Positions 52,658-62,130 of a stretch of DNA of 64,000 nucleotides are shown here, piece by piece. Positions within the stretch are counted from its first letter, which is position 1. Every line of letters starts with the position of its first letter. A program made the translations under genes and the position numbers. Below the pieces are notes generated by a model, which did not search any database, was not told where the DNA came from, and saw only the letters and a program-made list of their open reading frames with translations. The stretch is taken from positions 170,632 through 234,631 of IMG/VR virus record IMGVR_UViG_3300029258_003221; one strand, 5' to 3'.

Positions 52658-52929
52658 GCCTGTTCCTCGATAACCAAAGATTCGGATTGCTCTTCGGCCT
52701 CATTTGCCCAAGAATGTAAATTCTCAGCAAAATTTCTAGCTGTCTCAGTTGTCATCTGAAAACGAATTGTATTCGTGCGTTCAACATTCACCATGCTTCC
52801 ACCATGAAATTCCATTGCTTTATCAAATGTCGTGAGCACAGCTTCAATTTCTGGAACAGTCTTTTTGCCTTCTTTCGTCTCAATCATTGTGTGACGAATA
52901 TTTCTGGCAACAGTCATCAAAGATTCCAT
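52654..52929 (-). CDS. hypothetical protein
   Basis: 91-aa ORF. Confidence 0.75.
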   Translation of the reverse strand: MESLMTVARNIRHTMIETKEGKKTVPEIEAVLTTFDKAMEFHGGSMVNVERTNTIRFQMTTETARNFAENLHSWANEAEEQSESLVIEEQA

Positions 52930-52939
52930 TAGTCGTCTT

Positions 52940-53227
52940 TCATTCTTCAGTTTCGTCTTTGTCGTCTTCCAGTGGAATGTATTTGCTCAAGTTATACTTG
53001 CGATATGCAAAACAAAAGATCACTGCACCGATAATCGAAAACAGCAATCCTGCTGGACCAAATGAACCACCAGCAATCAACCAGTTAATCATACCACCTA
53101 TGAAACTTCCTGCAACCCCAATCACCAGAGTAGCAATTAAGCCACCCGGCTCAGGCCCCGGATGTATAGCTTTCCCAATCAGGCCCGCTACGAAACCAAT
53201 CACCAAAATCCAAATCAAATAAAACAT
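52940..53227 (-). CDS. GlsB/YeaQ/YmgE (transglycosylase-associated) membrane protein
   Basis: IWILVIGFVAGLIGKAIHPG...TLVIGVAGSFIGG...SIIGAVI. Confidence 0.85.
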   Translation of the reverse strand: MFYLIWILVIGFVAGLIGKAIHPGPEPGGLIATLVIGVAGSFIGGMINWLIAGGSFGPAGLLFSIIGAVIFCFAYRKYNLSKYIPLEDDKDETEE

Positions 53228-53319
53228 ATTAACTCTCCTTGTTGTTTTGAACCACTTTATTTTTGGTCCATGTATATAGATCTTTCGCCACCGCACAGCA
53301 TACAACGAGAACCATGCCT

Positions 53320-53988
53320 TTAACTATGTCTCTTATCATATGCTCTCCTTGGGGCTATCAAAGTGAACTCAAAAACATCTGATATTTTGAGTGCCCACTT
53401 CCAGTGATCCGAGCCAAACTCATTGCCACGTAAATCACCTGTGAAAGACCATGCTTTCATGAATATATCTAGGGCTACTATTCTCTCTTTGCCATATCCG
53501 GGATCTGCCAATGTGATTTTTTGCTCGTCATAACCAACAACCACAACATAATGCCATGTGTTCAAGCCACTCCTCACAAGTACAATAGTTGGACGATTTT
53601 GACTGACATAGTATTTCAAGTGGCCAATGTTGGATCTTTGAAGTTTGGCAGGTACACCAAAATCCTTAACTGTTCTTTCAACAAAGTCTGGAGAAGTCAT
53701 TCCTACAGACTTTTCTCCATATTTAAACCACTCTGTCTTGGCGTTTTTTGCTGCATCTTCGATGCTGACATCTTTGCCATAATATTGCAACAACATAGCA
53801 CATGAAGTTGGGCCACAGGTAATCCCATCAGGTTGTTTAAAAATCGGCGAAAAATCAATATGATGAGATGATGGATAATCAACTAAAACAAACTGTTCGT
53901 AATTTATTAAGACCACAAAAAACAAAAGCATTGTAGCCAATATGCTCCATTTCTTTCGTTTGAAAAAGTCTATAAAAAAAGCGTTCAT
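53320..53988 (-). CDS. C39-like cysteine peptidase with N-terminal anchor
   Basis: Q...TCGPTSCAMLL (C), HYVVVVG (H), LADPG (D). Confidence 0.85.
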   Translation of the reverse strand: MNAFFIDFFKRKKWSILATMLLFFVVLINYEQFVLVDYPSSHHIDFSPIFKQPDGITCGPTSCAMLLQYYGKDVSIEDAAKNAKTEWFKYGEKSVGMTSPDFVERTVKDFGVPAKLQRSNIGHLKYYVSQNRPTIVLVRSGLNTWHYVVVVGYDEQKITLADPGYGKERIVALDIFMKAWSFTGDLRGNEFGSDHWKWALKISDVFEFTLIAPRRAYDKRHS

Positions 53989-54033
53989 TCCTTATTTAGA
54001 AACGAACGCTTTTATTCCCCCGCCACCATTGAT

Positions 54034-54360
54034 TTAATCAGGCATATCTATGTCTTTTGTTGAAATCGAATTGTAAACTTCATACATCATAGATGATACT
54101 ATTTTCGACATACGATAAATTTCCGGGTCCATCAAAATTGCTGGGTGATTTTGAACATAATGTTCCCAGTTTTCTGCAACCATAAAACTTCTGTCAACTG
54201 CCTCGTGACAACCGAAAGTGTTTTTGCCAAAAAGCCTTTTGATTTCATCTTCTGAATCATATGTCTCCAGAGCTTTCTGGAGATCTTCCATTCGTTCCGC
54301 TTCAGCGTATTTAATTGCGGATTGTATAACTGATTGTTCTCGTTGAGAAAGTTCCATCAT
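54034..54360 (-). CDS. hypothetical protein
   Basis: 108-aa ORF. Confidence 0.75.
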   Translation of the reverse strand: MMELSQREQSVIQSAIKYAEAERMEDLQKALETYDSEDEIKRLFGKNTFGCHEAVDRSFMVAENWEHYVQNHPAILMDPEIYRMSKIVSSMMYEVYNSISTKDIDMPD

Positions 54361-54629
54361 TCACTTCCTAATGATTCTGTTGTTTTCAAATCCATTGTGC
54401 CCAATTTTTGCAAATCACCACATTCAGGACAATACATTTCAACTTTAGTATGCGGAAGCATGTAGTGTCGAACTCGCACATGAGTGTGCTTAATGTAATA
54501 AACAAGCAGTTCATTTTCAATAAAAGCAGGCTCTATTTTTTCATGTCTTGCTTTGATTTCAAAATGACCATAAGCATTGATGCCAATCAATGCAAAAATG
54601 AGCATAACTGAAATAATATATTTAACCAT
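54357..54629 (-). CDS. membrane-anchored protein with CPEC motif
   Basis: N-terminal hydrophobic segment; H..H...CPEC. Confidence 0.7.
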   Translation of the reverse strand: MVKYIISVMLIFALIGINAYGHFEIKARHEKIEPAFIENELLVYYIKHTHVRVRHYMLPHTKVEMYCPECGDLQKLGTMDLKTTESLGSE

Positions 54630-54638
54630 ATGACCTCC

Positions 54639-54917
54639 TTAGTCATTGTTTTCGACATAATCCTTTATGTCAGCTTGAAATCTCATGTATTCTTCTTTGC
54701 ATCTTTCGCACTCAGGAAACAACCCTTCATGTTTAGCAGCAAGATGCCAAGTAATCATCTCTGTTTGCATTACTGTGCCAAATTGATTGTTTGAAACCGT
54801 GATGAAATCTTCAATGAAATCTTCACGTTCAAGTTGCTGGTGTAAATTCCAGCCAGTCCATGCAACAGCAGTTATCTGCAAACAAATAAACAACAACCAT
54901 CCTATGGTTTTCTTCAT
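54639..54917 (-). CDS. membrane-anchored protein with CERC motif
   Basis: N-terminal hydrophobic segment; H...H...CERC, similar layout to 54357..54629. Confidence 0.7.
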   Translation of the reverse strand: MKKTIGWLLFICLQITAVAWTGWNLHQQLEREDFIEDFITVSNNQFGTVMQTEMITWHLAAKHEGLFPECERCKEEYMRFQADIKDYVENND

Positions 54918-54970
54918 GTTTACCTCCGTGTAAACTTAAATTTTAGTTAACTGTGATTAGAAGATCAAGA

Positions 54971-55570
54971 TCAATAAGAAACAGATTTCAGAACCGTTTC
55001 GATTCTTTGTCTGATTTTTTCAAACACAGGTCTTCCAAACTCAGCAATGATTTCGTCTTTTCTTGCCTCAAAAGCTTCAAACAGACCCTTTGCTCTGTAG
55101 AAATACTTTCGTGCATAACGCTTATCGCCAGAATTCAAATAATCTCTGACATTGCAAAGTCTGTCAGCAATCTTCACAACTAATGCAACAAGACTCTTGT
55201 TGATAAAATCTGCAAGATGCTCTGACTTTTCTTTCTGATAATCCTGTGGCGATTCATCAGGAAGACGATCTCGAAAAGTAAGCTCACCAACGTAATCAGC
55301 CACTTCTCTATTAAGCAAATCAGCTATCACTGATAGATCTTGATCTGTACCCTCATCGACATCGTGATTAAGAGCAGTAAGCCAAATATTGAGGTGCCGA
55401 GCATCTCTGATTCCGAAATGAAAAATCTCACGCATCACATCAAGCGGATGAATAAGATACGGAACCCTTAAATCGCCTTCACCGTTTCTGAAATCGCCAC
55501 CATGCGCTTTGGCAATAAAATCAATTGCAAAGGAAATGGCATCTTGTGGTGTGTTAAACTCTGTACTCAT
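54971..55570 (-). CDS. HD-domain hydrolase, SpoT/MESH1-like
   Basis: AH...R...PYLIHP...ALNHDVDEG...VKIADRLCN. Confidence 0.8.
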   Translation of the reverse strand: MSTEFNTPQDAISFAIDFIAKAHGGDFRNGEGDLRVPYLIHPLDVMREIFHFGIRDARHLNIWLTALNHDVDEGTDQDLSVIADLLNREVADYVGELTFRDRLPDESPQDYQKEKSEHLADFINKSLVALVVKIADRLCNVRDYLNSGDKRYARKYFYRAKGLFEAFEARKDEIIAEFGRPVFEKIRQRIETVLKSVSY

Positions 55571-55606
55571 GTTTGCATGGTACGGCAAAAAGATTTGGCT
55601 GTAAAG

Positions 55607-56722
55607 TCAGGACTTCAAAGAAATTTGAACCAATTCATTTGGCGATCTGGCATTTTCCACTGGAGGAGGAACGCAATTGAATGGCTTTGGGTAAGTAAGA
55701 GGAACATTCAAATCAATTGCTCTCTGCATCGCCTTATCTGCATTTCGTTCGAAAATCTCCACATTTTTATGGTTCAAAAGAATCTCGCCAAGAGAAACAT
55801 TGCCATTCTGATCATGTGTTGGAAGCATCACCATCTTGTCCACACCCAAATCAGCGGCAGTTTCCACCATATCTGTCATCTCGGAAACATTCAACAAATT
55901 GATGTTATTCCAAATTGTAGTGATATGTCTCTCTTTGCCTCCATGTTCTTCACGAAGTTCCATATAGTTTTTGATATTTTTGATGATGTTGTTGTAAGCA
56001 TCAATTCGACGTATCTTAATGAAAGTATCTGGTGTCGCTGCATCAATTGAAAAACTGATATCTGACCAACCAACTTCTGCAAAGAATCGTTCATTTATTT
56101 TTGGAATCAACAGAGTTGCATTAGTGTTAGTTTCAAACCTGATTTGATCACGATAACGTGGAAACTCCAACCATTCAAAAACCTGAAAAACCTGATCTTT
56201 CCAAAATGGCTCAGCGATACCCAAAACACACAGGTGCTTAAGAAAAGGCATAATCGGCCTTGCTTTATCACAAAGAAAACCAGTTAAATCTTCTTGCTTA
56301 GGTTTTCGATGGTTTCTGATGCACATAATGCAAGCCGGTTTTTCATCTGATGGAATCAACCCACCGATGTTGCAATGTGAATCGGGAAGACAAATTTCAA
56401 GATATGTTGGATAAGTAAACTTCTTGTAAGCTTTGAATGGCACTGGTTCCTTTTCTCTAACAAGAAAAGGACAAACATTCCAACTCTTGCAGATTGAATG
56501 CAATTCACCTTTCATTGTAGATTCACGAATGGCCTGAGCACGAGGGCTGTTCCAAATGTCTAAAATTTCATCGTCTATCAAACTACCAAGTTGTTCCAAT
56601 TGATAGCAACACGTTGAAACATTCCCATCTGCATTCAATATGCATTTCGTAAAAGGCAACCCACAGAAAGCTTGATGCTCAACAATATCTTCATGATGTA
56701 CTGGGTTTATTTTGAAGGTCAT
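55607..56722 (-). CDS. SPASM + radical SAM protein
   Basis: N-terminal C..PF...DGNV..CC...GSL...IWNS; cluster motif C-X13-CIMC; GIAEP. Confidence 0.85.
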   Translation of the reverse strand: MTFKINPVHHEDIVEHQAFCGLPFTKCILNADGNVSTCCYQLEQLGSLIDDEILDIWNSPRAQAIRESTMKGELHSICKSWNVCPFLVREKEPVPFKAYKKFTYPTYLEICLPDSHCNIGGLIPSDEKPACIMCIRNHRKPKQEDLTGFLCDKARPIMPFLKHLCVLGIAEPFWKDQVFQVFEWLEFPRYRDQIRFETNTNATLLIPKINERFFAEVGWSDISFSIDAATPDTFIKIRRIDAYNNIIKNIKNYMELREEHGGKERHITTIWNNINLLNVSEMTDMVETAADLGVDKMVMLPTHDQNGNVSLGEILLNHKNVEIFERNADKAMQRAIDLNVPLTYPKPFNCVPPPVENARSPNELVQISLKS

Positions 56723-57450
56723 ATGAACAAGGTGTCCTCAAAATAATGTGCCAAATCTGGACGATTTTCCATAACATATGAATACAACTCACGATAATTA
56801 CTGATCACTTCGCTTTGTCTTTTAGTTTGCTGTTTCACCATTGGTATCTTCAAAGCCTTGGGTTTTACTTCAAGAAAATACTGAACTTCATTGAAAATAC
56901 CTTGTGGAGATTCATCCATGTCTTCGTAAGTCACTTCCAATATCGGCACACCCTTCATCTCTTCACGTAAGTTTTGTTGCCATTCTCTGCTGCGATTCCA
57001 CGCAAACAAAAAATGCTCTGGAGTAATTTCAACAGTTGTTTTGTATTCTTGAAAACTCCAATTGTTCTCCTGATCAGCTAACAGTTGTGATGTCATTCTG
57101 TTTAACAAATTATTACGTGTGAGATGAATTACACTCCATTGTTCTTCACGCACGTGATCCCATAAACAACGCCAATCGGGTTTTCTCGCACAAACGTAAT
57201 TCAACTTAAACCCAACCGCTCTCAAGCCTTTGTTTTTTGCGTATGTAGACAGAACGTTTTTTATGTAATTGACAGGGTTACCATTGTCTTCCAAAACAGG
57301 TATTTGCTGATTGAATAAGCTCTTTTTTCTTATTGCTTTGTCGCTACCAAATATTTCTCCAAAACAAAAAATACCGGGATGAGAGTTTAAAGATGTCGCT
57401 AACATCTGATAACCCGAACGCAATTCAGCAACAATAACAAAATTTTTCAT
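56719..57450 (-). CDS. Stf0-like sulfotransferase
   Basis: RSG..L...LNSHP....GEIF; IHLTR.N....S; YED. Confidence 0.8.
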   Translation of the reverse strand: MKNFVIVAELRSGYQMLATSLNSHPGIFCFGEIFGSDKAIRKKSLFNQQIPVLEDNGNPVNYIKNVLSTYAKNKGLRAVGFKLNYVCARKPDWRCLWDHVREEQWSVIHLTRNNLLNRMTSQLLADQENNWSFQEYKTTVEITPEHFLFAWNRSREWQQNLREEMKGVPILEVTYEDMDESPQGIFNEVQYFLEVKPKALKIPMVKQQTKRQSEVISNYRELYSYVMENRPDLAHYFEDTLFI

Positions 57451-58520
57451 AACGTAATCTGAACCAATCTATCAGTCAGTCCCATATCCAGTGGTCTTAA
57501 AAAGTTGTACGGCACACCTAGTTTTTCACACTTCTCAATGATGTCTTCCTGTGCCTTTTTGAATTTGCCGCAATTCTTTTCGTTAACGAGAATAACGTGA
57601 TTAAAACCATCTGTGGGATTAAATTCTATGTATTCTACATTAGCCTTGGCAGCGATGTTAACCATATCCAAAACCTCATGTAAATTCATGACGTTGATAT
57701 TATTGTGGATTCTAAGGAACTGCCGCTCTCTGACACGAGCTTTTGAAAAAGCATAAAGGTGTTCCAACACAGTGTCAAAAACAGGAAGAATGCGAATCCC
57801 TTGATATGTTTCAGGGCTGGCTGCATCTATTGAAAAATTGGTGATAGAATATGGAGCACGTTTCAACCACTCTTCTCTTCTTTTTTTATTGAGGGGTATT
57901 CCATTGGTCGTTGTGCTCATTGTGATGCCATCAGAATATTTGTCATATTCAATTGCATCCATCATTTCGAAAATCATATCTTTCCAAAATGGCTCAGCAA
58001 TTCCTTGTATGTGTATTTGGTGTAAATTTGGAACAATGTGTTTAATTCGTTCCATCACTTCCATGATCCGATTTTCTTCGGGCTGGAACAAAGGGTTAGC
58101 ACGCTCGCACATTACACATGCTGGATGTTCTTCATTTGGATTTTGAAGCCCAACATTACAGTGTGTATTTGGAAGATCCACTTCAAGAAAATTTGGATAT
58201 TCATTGTACGTTATATTTTCTTTCGGATAAGGCAACTTCATCTTAGTGAACGGACAACCGGGAACCTGACAAAGAGAATGCAATTCTCCTTCCAGCGTTT
58301 TCTCCCTTATTTCTTCCGCTAAATCACCAAACCAAATTTCATCAAATGGTTGATCAAATACATTTCCAATATAAGGCGATTGAGGCGCATTGTTTGTTTT
58401 CAAATGCACTAAACCAGCATCAACACTGGGAGGACGCTGAAAACAACAAAAGGCCACATTGCCTTCGGCTGTGACTCTTGCACGATTAAACGGATATGGG
58501 CAGTAAGCTTCTACATACAT
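57447..58520 (-). CDS. SPASM + radical SAM protein (paralog of 55607..56722)
   Basis: YCPYPF...EGNVAFCC...IGNV; C-X13-CVMC; GIAEPFWK; FSIDAA. Confidence 0.85.
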   Translation of the reverse strand: MYVEAYCPYPFNRARVTAEGNVAFCCFQRPPSVDAGLVHLKTNNAPQSPYIGNVFDQPFDEIWFGDLAEEIREKTLEGELHSLCQVPGCPFTKMKLPYPKENITYNEYPNFLEVDLPNTHCNVGLQNPNEEHPACVMCERANPLFQPEENRIMEVMERIKHIVPNLHQIHIQGIAEPFWKDMIFEMMDAIEYDKYSDGITMSTTTNGIPLNKKRREEWLKRAPYSITNFSIDAASPETYQGIRILPVFDTVLEHLYAFSKARVRERQFLRIHNNINVMNLHEVLDMVNIAAKANVEYIEFNPTDGFNHVILVNEKNCGKFKKAQEDIIEKCEKLGVPYNFLRPLDMGLTDRLVQITL

Positions 58521-58542
58521 GCTTTAATATAGATATCCATAT

Positions 58543-58911
58543 TCAAAACTGAACTTCTTCTTTGGGCACTTCCAAGCCACAATATGGACAATGCTTCCAA
58601 TCCAATTCAATTTCCCCTTCGCAGCCTGAACAAGTCGGGTCGGCATCATCGTGCCAATGATCTTTTCGATGATAGAATATCTGGAGCAAAATAATTAAAA
58701 CTGGAACAAAAGAGGCAACTTGCTTCACGATAAAAAGAGTTGATGAATCATGCCAAGCTCTGATAAACAACAGAGAAAACCCAATCAAAAGAAAGATGTG
58801 GTATGTTATGGAAAGGTCACGAACTTCTCGATGTACGTGAATCTTCCAAACCTGCATGAAATAACCACCTGACAAAAATAATATTGCTAACCAAGGTAAG
58901 TATTCCCACAT
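58543..58911 (-). CDS. PQ-loop/SemiSWEET-like membrane protein with C-terminal zinc ribbon
   Basis: three TM segments, YFMQVWKI...VRDLS; CSGC...CPYCG. Confidence 0.7.
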   Translation of the reverse strand: MWEYLPWLAILFLSGGYFMQVWKIHVHREVRDLSITYHIFLLIGFSLLFIRAWHDSSTLFIVKQVASFVPVLIILLQIFYHRKDHWHDDADPTCSGCEGEIELDWKHCPYCGLEVPKEEVQF

Positions 58912-58925
58912 CTTATCCTCCTGAA

Positions 58926-59687
58926 TCATTCTCGCATGTTTTGCAAGAAGTCTTTATCTAAATCTATATGCTTCATTTTATCCACGCATATGTAACGAGT
59001 GTAATATTTCTTGTCTTCTGGAAGACAATCATCTGGCATCACTTCGCCATTGGTTGCATCAACATAACAATCAAAATCAACGTGATAATGACCAAAGAAA
59101 TGAATTTTAGGACGATGAAACGCAGCCATTACCTGTAGCAATTGAGCTGTTTTGGTTTTAATTACTGAATTAGAAAAGCCGAAATTAAATGCTATTCTGG
59201 GATTCGTCACATAAGGCACGACATTCAAAGGAGCATCATGTGAGATAACAAAATCAGGTTTGACTTCTTTGTAAAGCTTTAAAGCTTCCTCTCCCTGCTC
59301 TACAGTCAATTCTTCTTCTTCCCACCAATCAACACCAAGACTACGATTTACTTTATCTATGCTAAATGCACCTCGAATAAAAAACACATCACCAAATTCA
59401 GGGATTGTATGAACTCCAAAATCCCCCAAGAAATGAGGATAGTTTCCCATGATAGCATAGTTATCATGGTTGCCAGCTAACACTTTATGGTGCTGTGGAT
59501 CAAGTTCATCCAAAACATTATACATAAAACCCAAATCACCTATCTGAATGGTGTATTCGGGTTCGGATAAACCACTGGGGCTATGTCCTTTTGTTAATCT
59601 TCTATACCACTTATGATAGCCATGAATATCCCCGACGATGCGGAGAAAAGAAGTCTTATCATGGCTGAGAGTTCGATTGATTGTCAT
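58926..59687 (-). CDS. calcineurin-like metallophosphoesterase
   Basis: GDIHG, IGD, GNHD, ISHDAP, FGHYH. Confidence 0.9.
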   Translation of the reverse strand: MTINRTLSHDKTSFLRIVGDIHGYHKWYRRLTKGHSPSGLSEPEYTIQIGDLGFMYNVLDELDPQHHKVLAGNHDNYAIMGNYPHFLGDFGVHTIPEFGDVFFIRGAFSIDKVNRSLGVDWWEEEELTVEQGEEALKLYKEVKPDFVISHDAPLNVVPYVTNPRIAFNFGFSNSVIKTKTAQLLQVMAAFHRPKIHFFGHYHVDFDCYVDATNGEVMPDDCLPEDKKYYTRYICVDKMKHIDLDKDFLQNMRE

Positions 59688-59977
59688 TTTTTCCTTTTCA
59701 CAGTTCTCTGTGTTGCCTTTCTTTTCTTCTTAGTTGGTTTTTCTTCTGGTTCATCAATTTTAGCATCTTCTAATGGTTTGAGTCTATACGGATCGCTTAG
59801 ACCATTTTCACGATCAATAATATGAACCATACGTTTCTTTCCATGTTGTTCAAACATTTCATCTGCTTTAGATTTTGCCTCGGCCAGCTTCTCTGTTTCA
59901 AATTCATACGTTGAACAACACAAATCATCCAATTTCTGTAAACAGACAACGTATCGAGGCCCATCCTGAGTAGCCAT
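59684..59977 (-). CDS. hypothetical protein with basic tail
   Basis: GGAGGA SD + ATG 59977. Confidence 0.7.
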   Translation of the reverse strand: MATQDGPRYVVCLQKLDDLCCSTYEFETEKLAEAKSKADEMFEQHGKKRMVHIIDRENGLSDPYRLKPLEDAKIDEPEEKPTKKKRKATQRTVKRKK

Positions 59978-60032
59978 GATTCCTCCAAAAGAAAAGCCGC
60001 CCAATGGACGGCTTTTAGCGTCAATTGACAGT

Positions 60033-61295
60033 TTAAGCAGCCTTGGTTTTCTTGAGCAACGGTTTGTCACCCTTCACATGAGCAGCAGTGACACGTAAAG
60101 TTTTATCACCTGTGTACTCAGGAAGTTCAAACAGCCAATCGTTCATTAGTCCTTCAATGACAGACCTGAGTGCTCTTGCACCAGTTCCCTTTTCTTTGGC
60201 AACTCGTGCAATTTCCTCAAGAGCACCATCTGTAAAACTCAAATCAGCACCTTCATAAGCAAATCGCTTTCGATATTGCTTGATCAATGCATTCTTGGGT
60301 TCTGTCATGACTCTAATTAAATCAGCTTCAGACATTTCCTGCAAAGATGTGATCACAGGAAGTCGTCCGATTAGCTCGGGGATCAAACCGAACTTCTCAA
60401 GATCTTCTGGCTCAACTTGCGACATCAAACCAGTAATCTCTTCCTTTTCTGTCTTTGCCTCCTGATTGAAGCCAATGTTCCCACCGCCAACTCGGCGTTG
60501 GATAATTTCTGGAAGATGAACGAATGATCCACCACATATAAACAGCACATTCGATGTATCAAACTGAATGTATTGCTGCTCTGGATGCTTTCGCCCACCT
60601 TGAGGAGGCACATTGGCTACAGTTCCCTCAATGATCTTAAGCAAAGACTGCTGCACGCCTTCTCCGCTCACATCACGTGTGATGGAAACGTTATTATGTG
60701 TACTTCCAATCTTATCGATCTCATCGATAAAAATGATCCCTCGTTGGGCTTTATCGATATCGAAATCGCAAGCATGAAGAAGTTTGAGAAGAAGGTTTTC
60801 AACATCTTCTCCGACATAACCTGCTTCGGTTAATGTCGTTGAATCACCAATCGCAAGAGGAACATCCAGAAACTCTGACAATGTCTTTGCCAATAGTGTC
60901 TTTCCTGTTCCTGTTGGACCCATGAGAAGCACATTGGATTTTTCAATCTCAACATCTCGCAGTTCTTTGTCGGTAATTGTATTCGAATCAAGGTCTCGCA
61001 ACCTTCTGAAGTGGCTTGTTACAGCCACGGAAAGAACACGCTTAGCGTCTTCCTGACCGACAACGTACTGACTGAGGTGATCGTATACTTCTTTGGGCGT
61101 TGGAACGGTGAGAAGTCGGTTTCGAGCAACTGCTCTCTTCCTTAACTCTTCATTCAACACTTCTTCACACTGCTCAACACAATCTGCGCAAATGTGCACA
61201 GATTTCTCTTTTGCAACCTTTGTGCCAAAAATCCCCTCGATCATTGGCTCGTTGGGTTTGCCACAAAAATTGCAATGTTTTACTCGACTTGACAT
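60033..61295 (-). CDS. clpX: ATP-dependent Clp protease ATP-binding subunit ClpX
   Basis: C4 zinc domain, [12 protein letters not shown] pore loop, IDEIDK, RKH loop, IGF loop, GARALRS. Confidence 0.97.
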   Translation of the reverse strand: MSSRVKHCNFCGKPNEPMIEGIFGTKVAKEKSVHICADCVEQCEEVLNEELRKRAVARNRLLTVPTPKEVYDHLSQYVVGQEDAKRVLSVAVTSHFRRLRDLDSNTITDKELRDVEIEKSNVLLMGPTGTGKTLLAKTLSEFLDVPLAIGDSTTLTEAGYVGEDVENLLLKLLHACDFDIDKAQRGIIFIDEIDKIGSTHNNVSITRDVSGEGVQQSLLKIIEGTVANVPPQGGRKHPEQQYIQFDTSNVLFICGGSFVHLPEIIQRRVGGGNIGFNQEAKTEKEEITGLMSQVEPEDLEKFGLIPELIGRLPVITSLQEMSEADLIRVMTEPKNALIKQYRKRFAYEGADLSFTDGALEEIARVAKEKGTGARALRSVIEGLMNDWLFELPEYTGDKTLRVTAAHVKGDKPLLKKTKAA

Positions 61296-61329
61296 GTAAC
61301 CTCCTTTTGGGAAACCCCTGTATGCCTAC

Positions 61330-61360
61330 ATTTTACGTCAAAAATGGGTCTCTGTAAAGC
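61330..61360 (-). promoter_or_regulatory. sigma70-like promoter GCTTTACA-N15-CGTAAAAT
   Basis: TTTACA-17-TAAAAT upstream of clpX. Confidence 0.75.
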
Positions 61361-61377
61361 AGATTCTAAAATCCGAA

Positions 61378-62130
61378 TTAATCAAATTTTTTGTTGTGTT
61401 TATCGATTTTAGCTTGGAGGCTCTCCAGTGTATCTACGGAATTCGATAGAAGATTGACATTTTCGTTCTTCTCTTCGGCCTTTTTCACAGCTTCCAGTTC
61501 ACTTTGTCCAGCTAATGCAATGAAAATTGAAATCGCAATGAGCATCACATGGCCCATCATGAAACCAAAACCGGCAAGCAACACACAGCAAACCTGACCA
61601 ATTCGTGTTGCGTACAGAGTGGCTTTCAAACGAGGCAACTTAAACTGCAATGTTGCCCTCAACAATCTACCTCCATCCATGGGAAATATTGGAAGAAGAT
61701 TAAAGAACAAGATAACGATATTTACTGCTGCAATTTTGACCCAAATGGGTTCTGGTATAAATGGTATCGTTAAAAAAGAGAAAAATGGAATCAACAACAC
61801 GTTAACCAATGGACCCGCCGCAGAAACAACCAACTCCTCTTTTGGAACTGGTTGAAATTCCATGTAAGCTGCTCCCCCAATGGGGTAAAGGTAAATATGA
61901 TGAACTTTCCAGTGATAGTATTGAGCAGCTATACAATGGCCAAATTCATGAAGAATGACAATTAAGAACACGCCCAACAAAATGACTGAATTACTGGAAC
62001 TACTTTTCAAATCCACGAACAACAACAACCCAAAGAAGATGGTCCAGCTCCAATGCAAATAAACCGGAACTTTAAACCACTTCCCAAGAGGGATGGTAAG
62101 GTAATCAAAAATGTTCTTTTTAACTTCCAT
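61378..62130 (-). CDS. M50 site-2 membrane metalloprotease (SpoIVFB-like)
   Basis: HEFGH, IGG, AAGPLVN, NLLPIFPMDGG. Confidence 0.92.
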   Translation of the reverse strand: MEVKKNIFDYLTIPLGKWFKVPVYLHWSWTIFFGLLLFVDLKSSSSNSVILLGVFLIVILHEFGHCIAAQYYHWKVHHIYLYPIGGAAYMEFQPVPKEELVVSAAGPLVNVLLIPFFSFLTIPFIPEPIWVKIAAVNIVILFFNLLPIFPMDGGRLLRATLQFKLPRLKATLYATRIGQVCCVLLAGFGFMMGHVMLIAISIFIALAGQSELEAVKKAEEKNENVNLLSNSVDTLESLQAKIDKHNKKFD

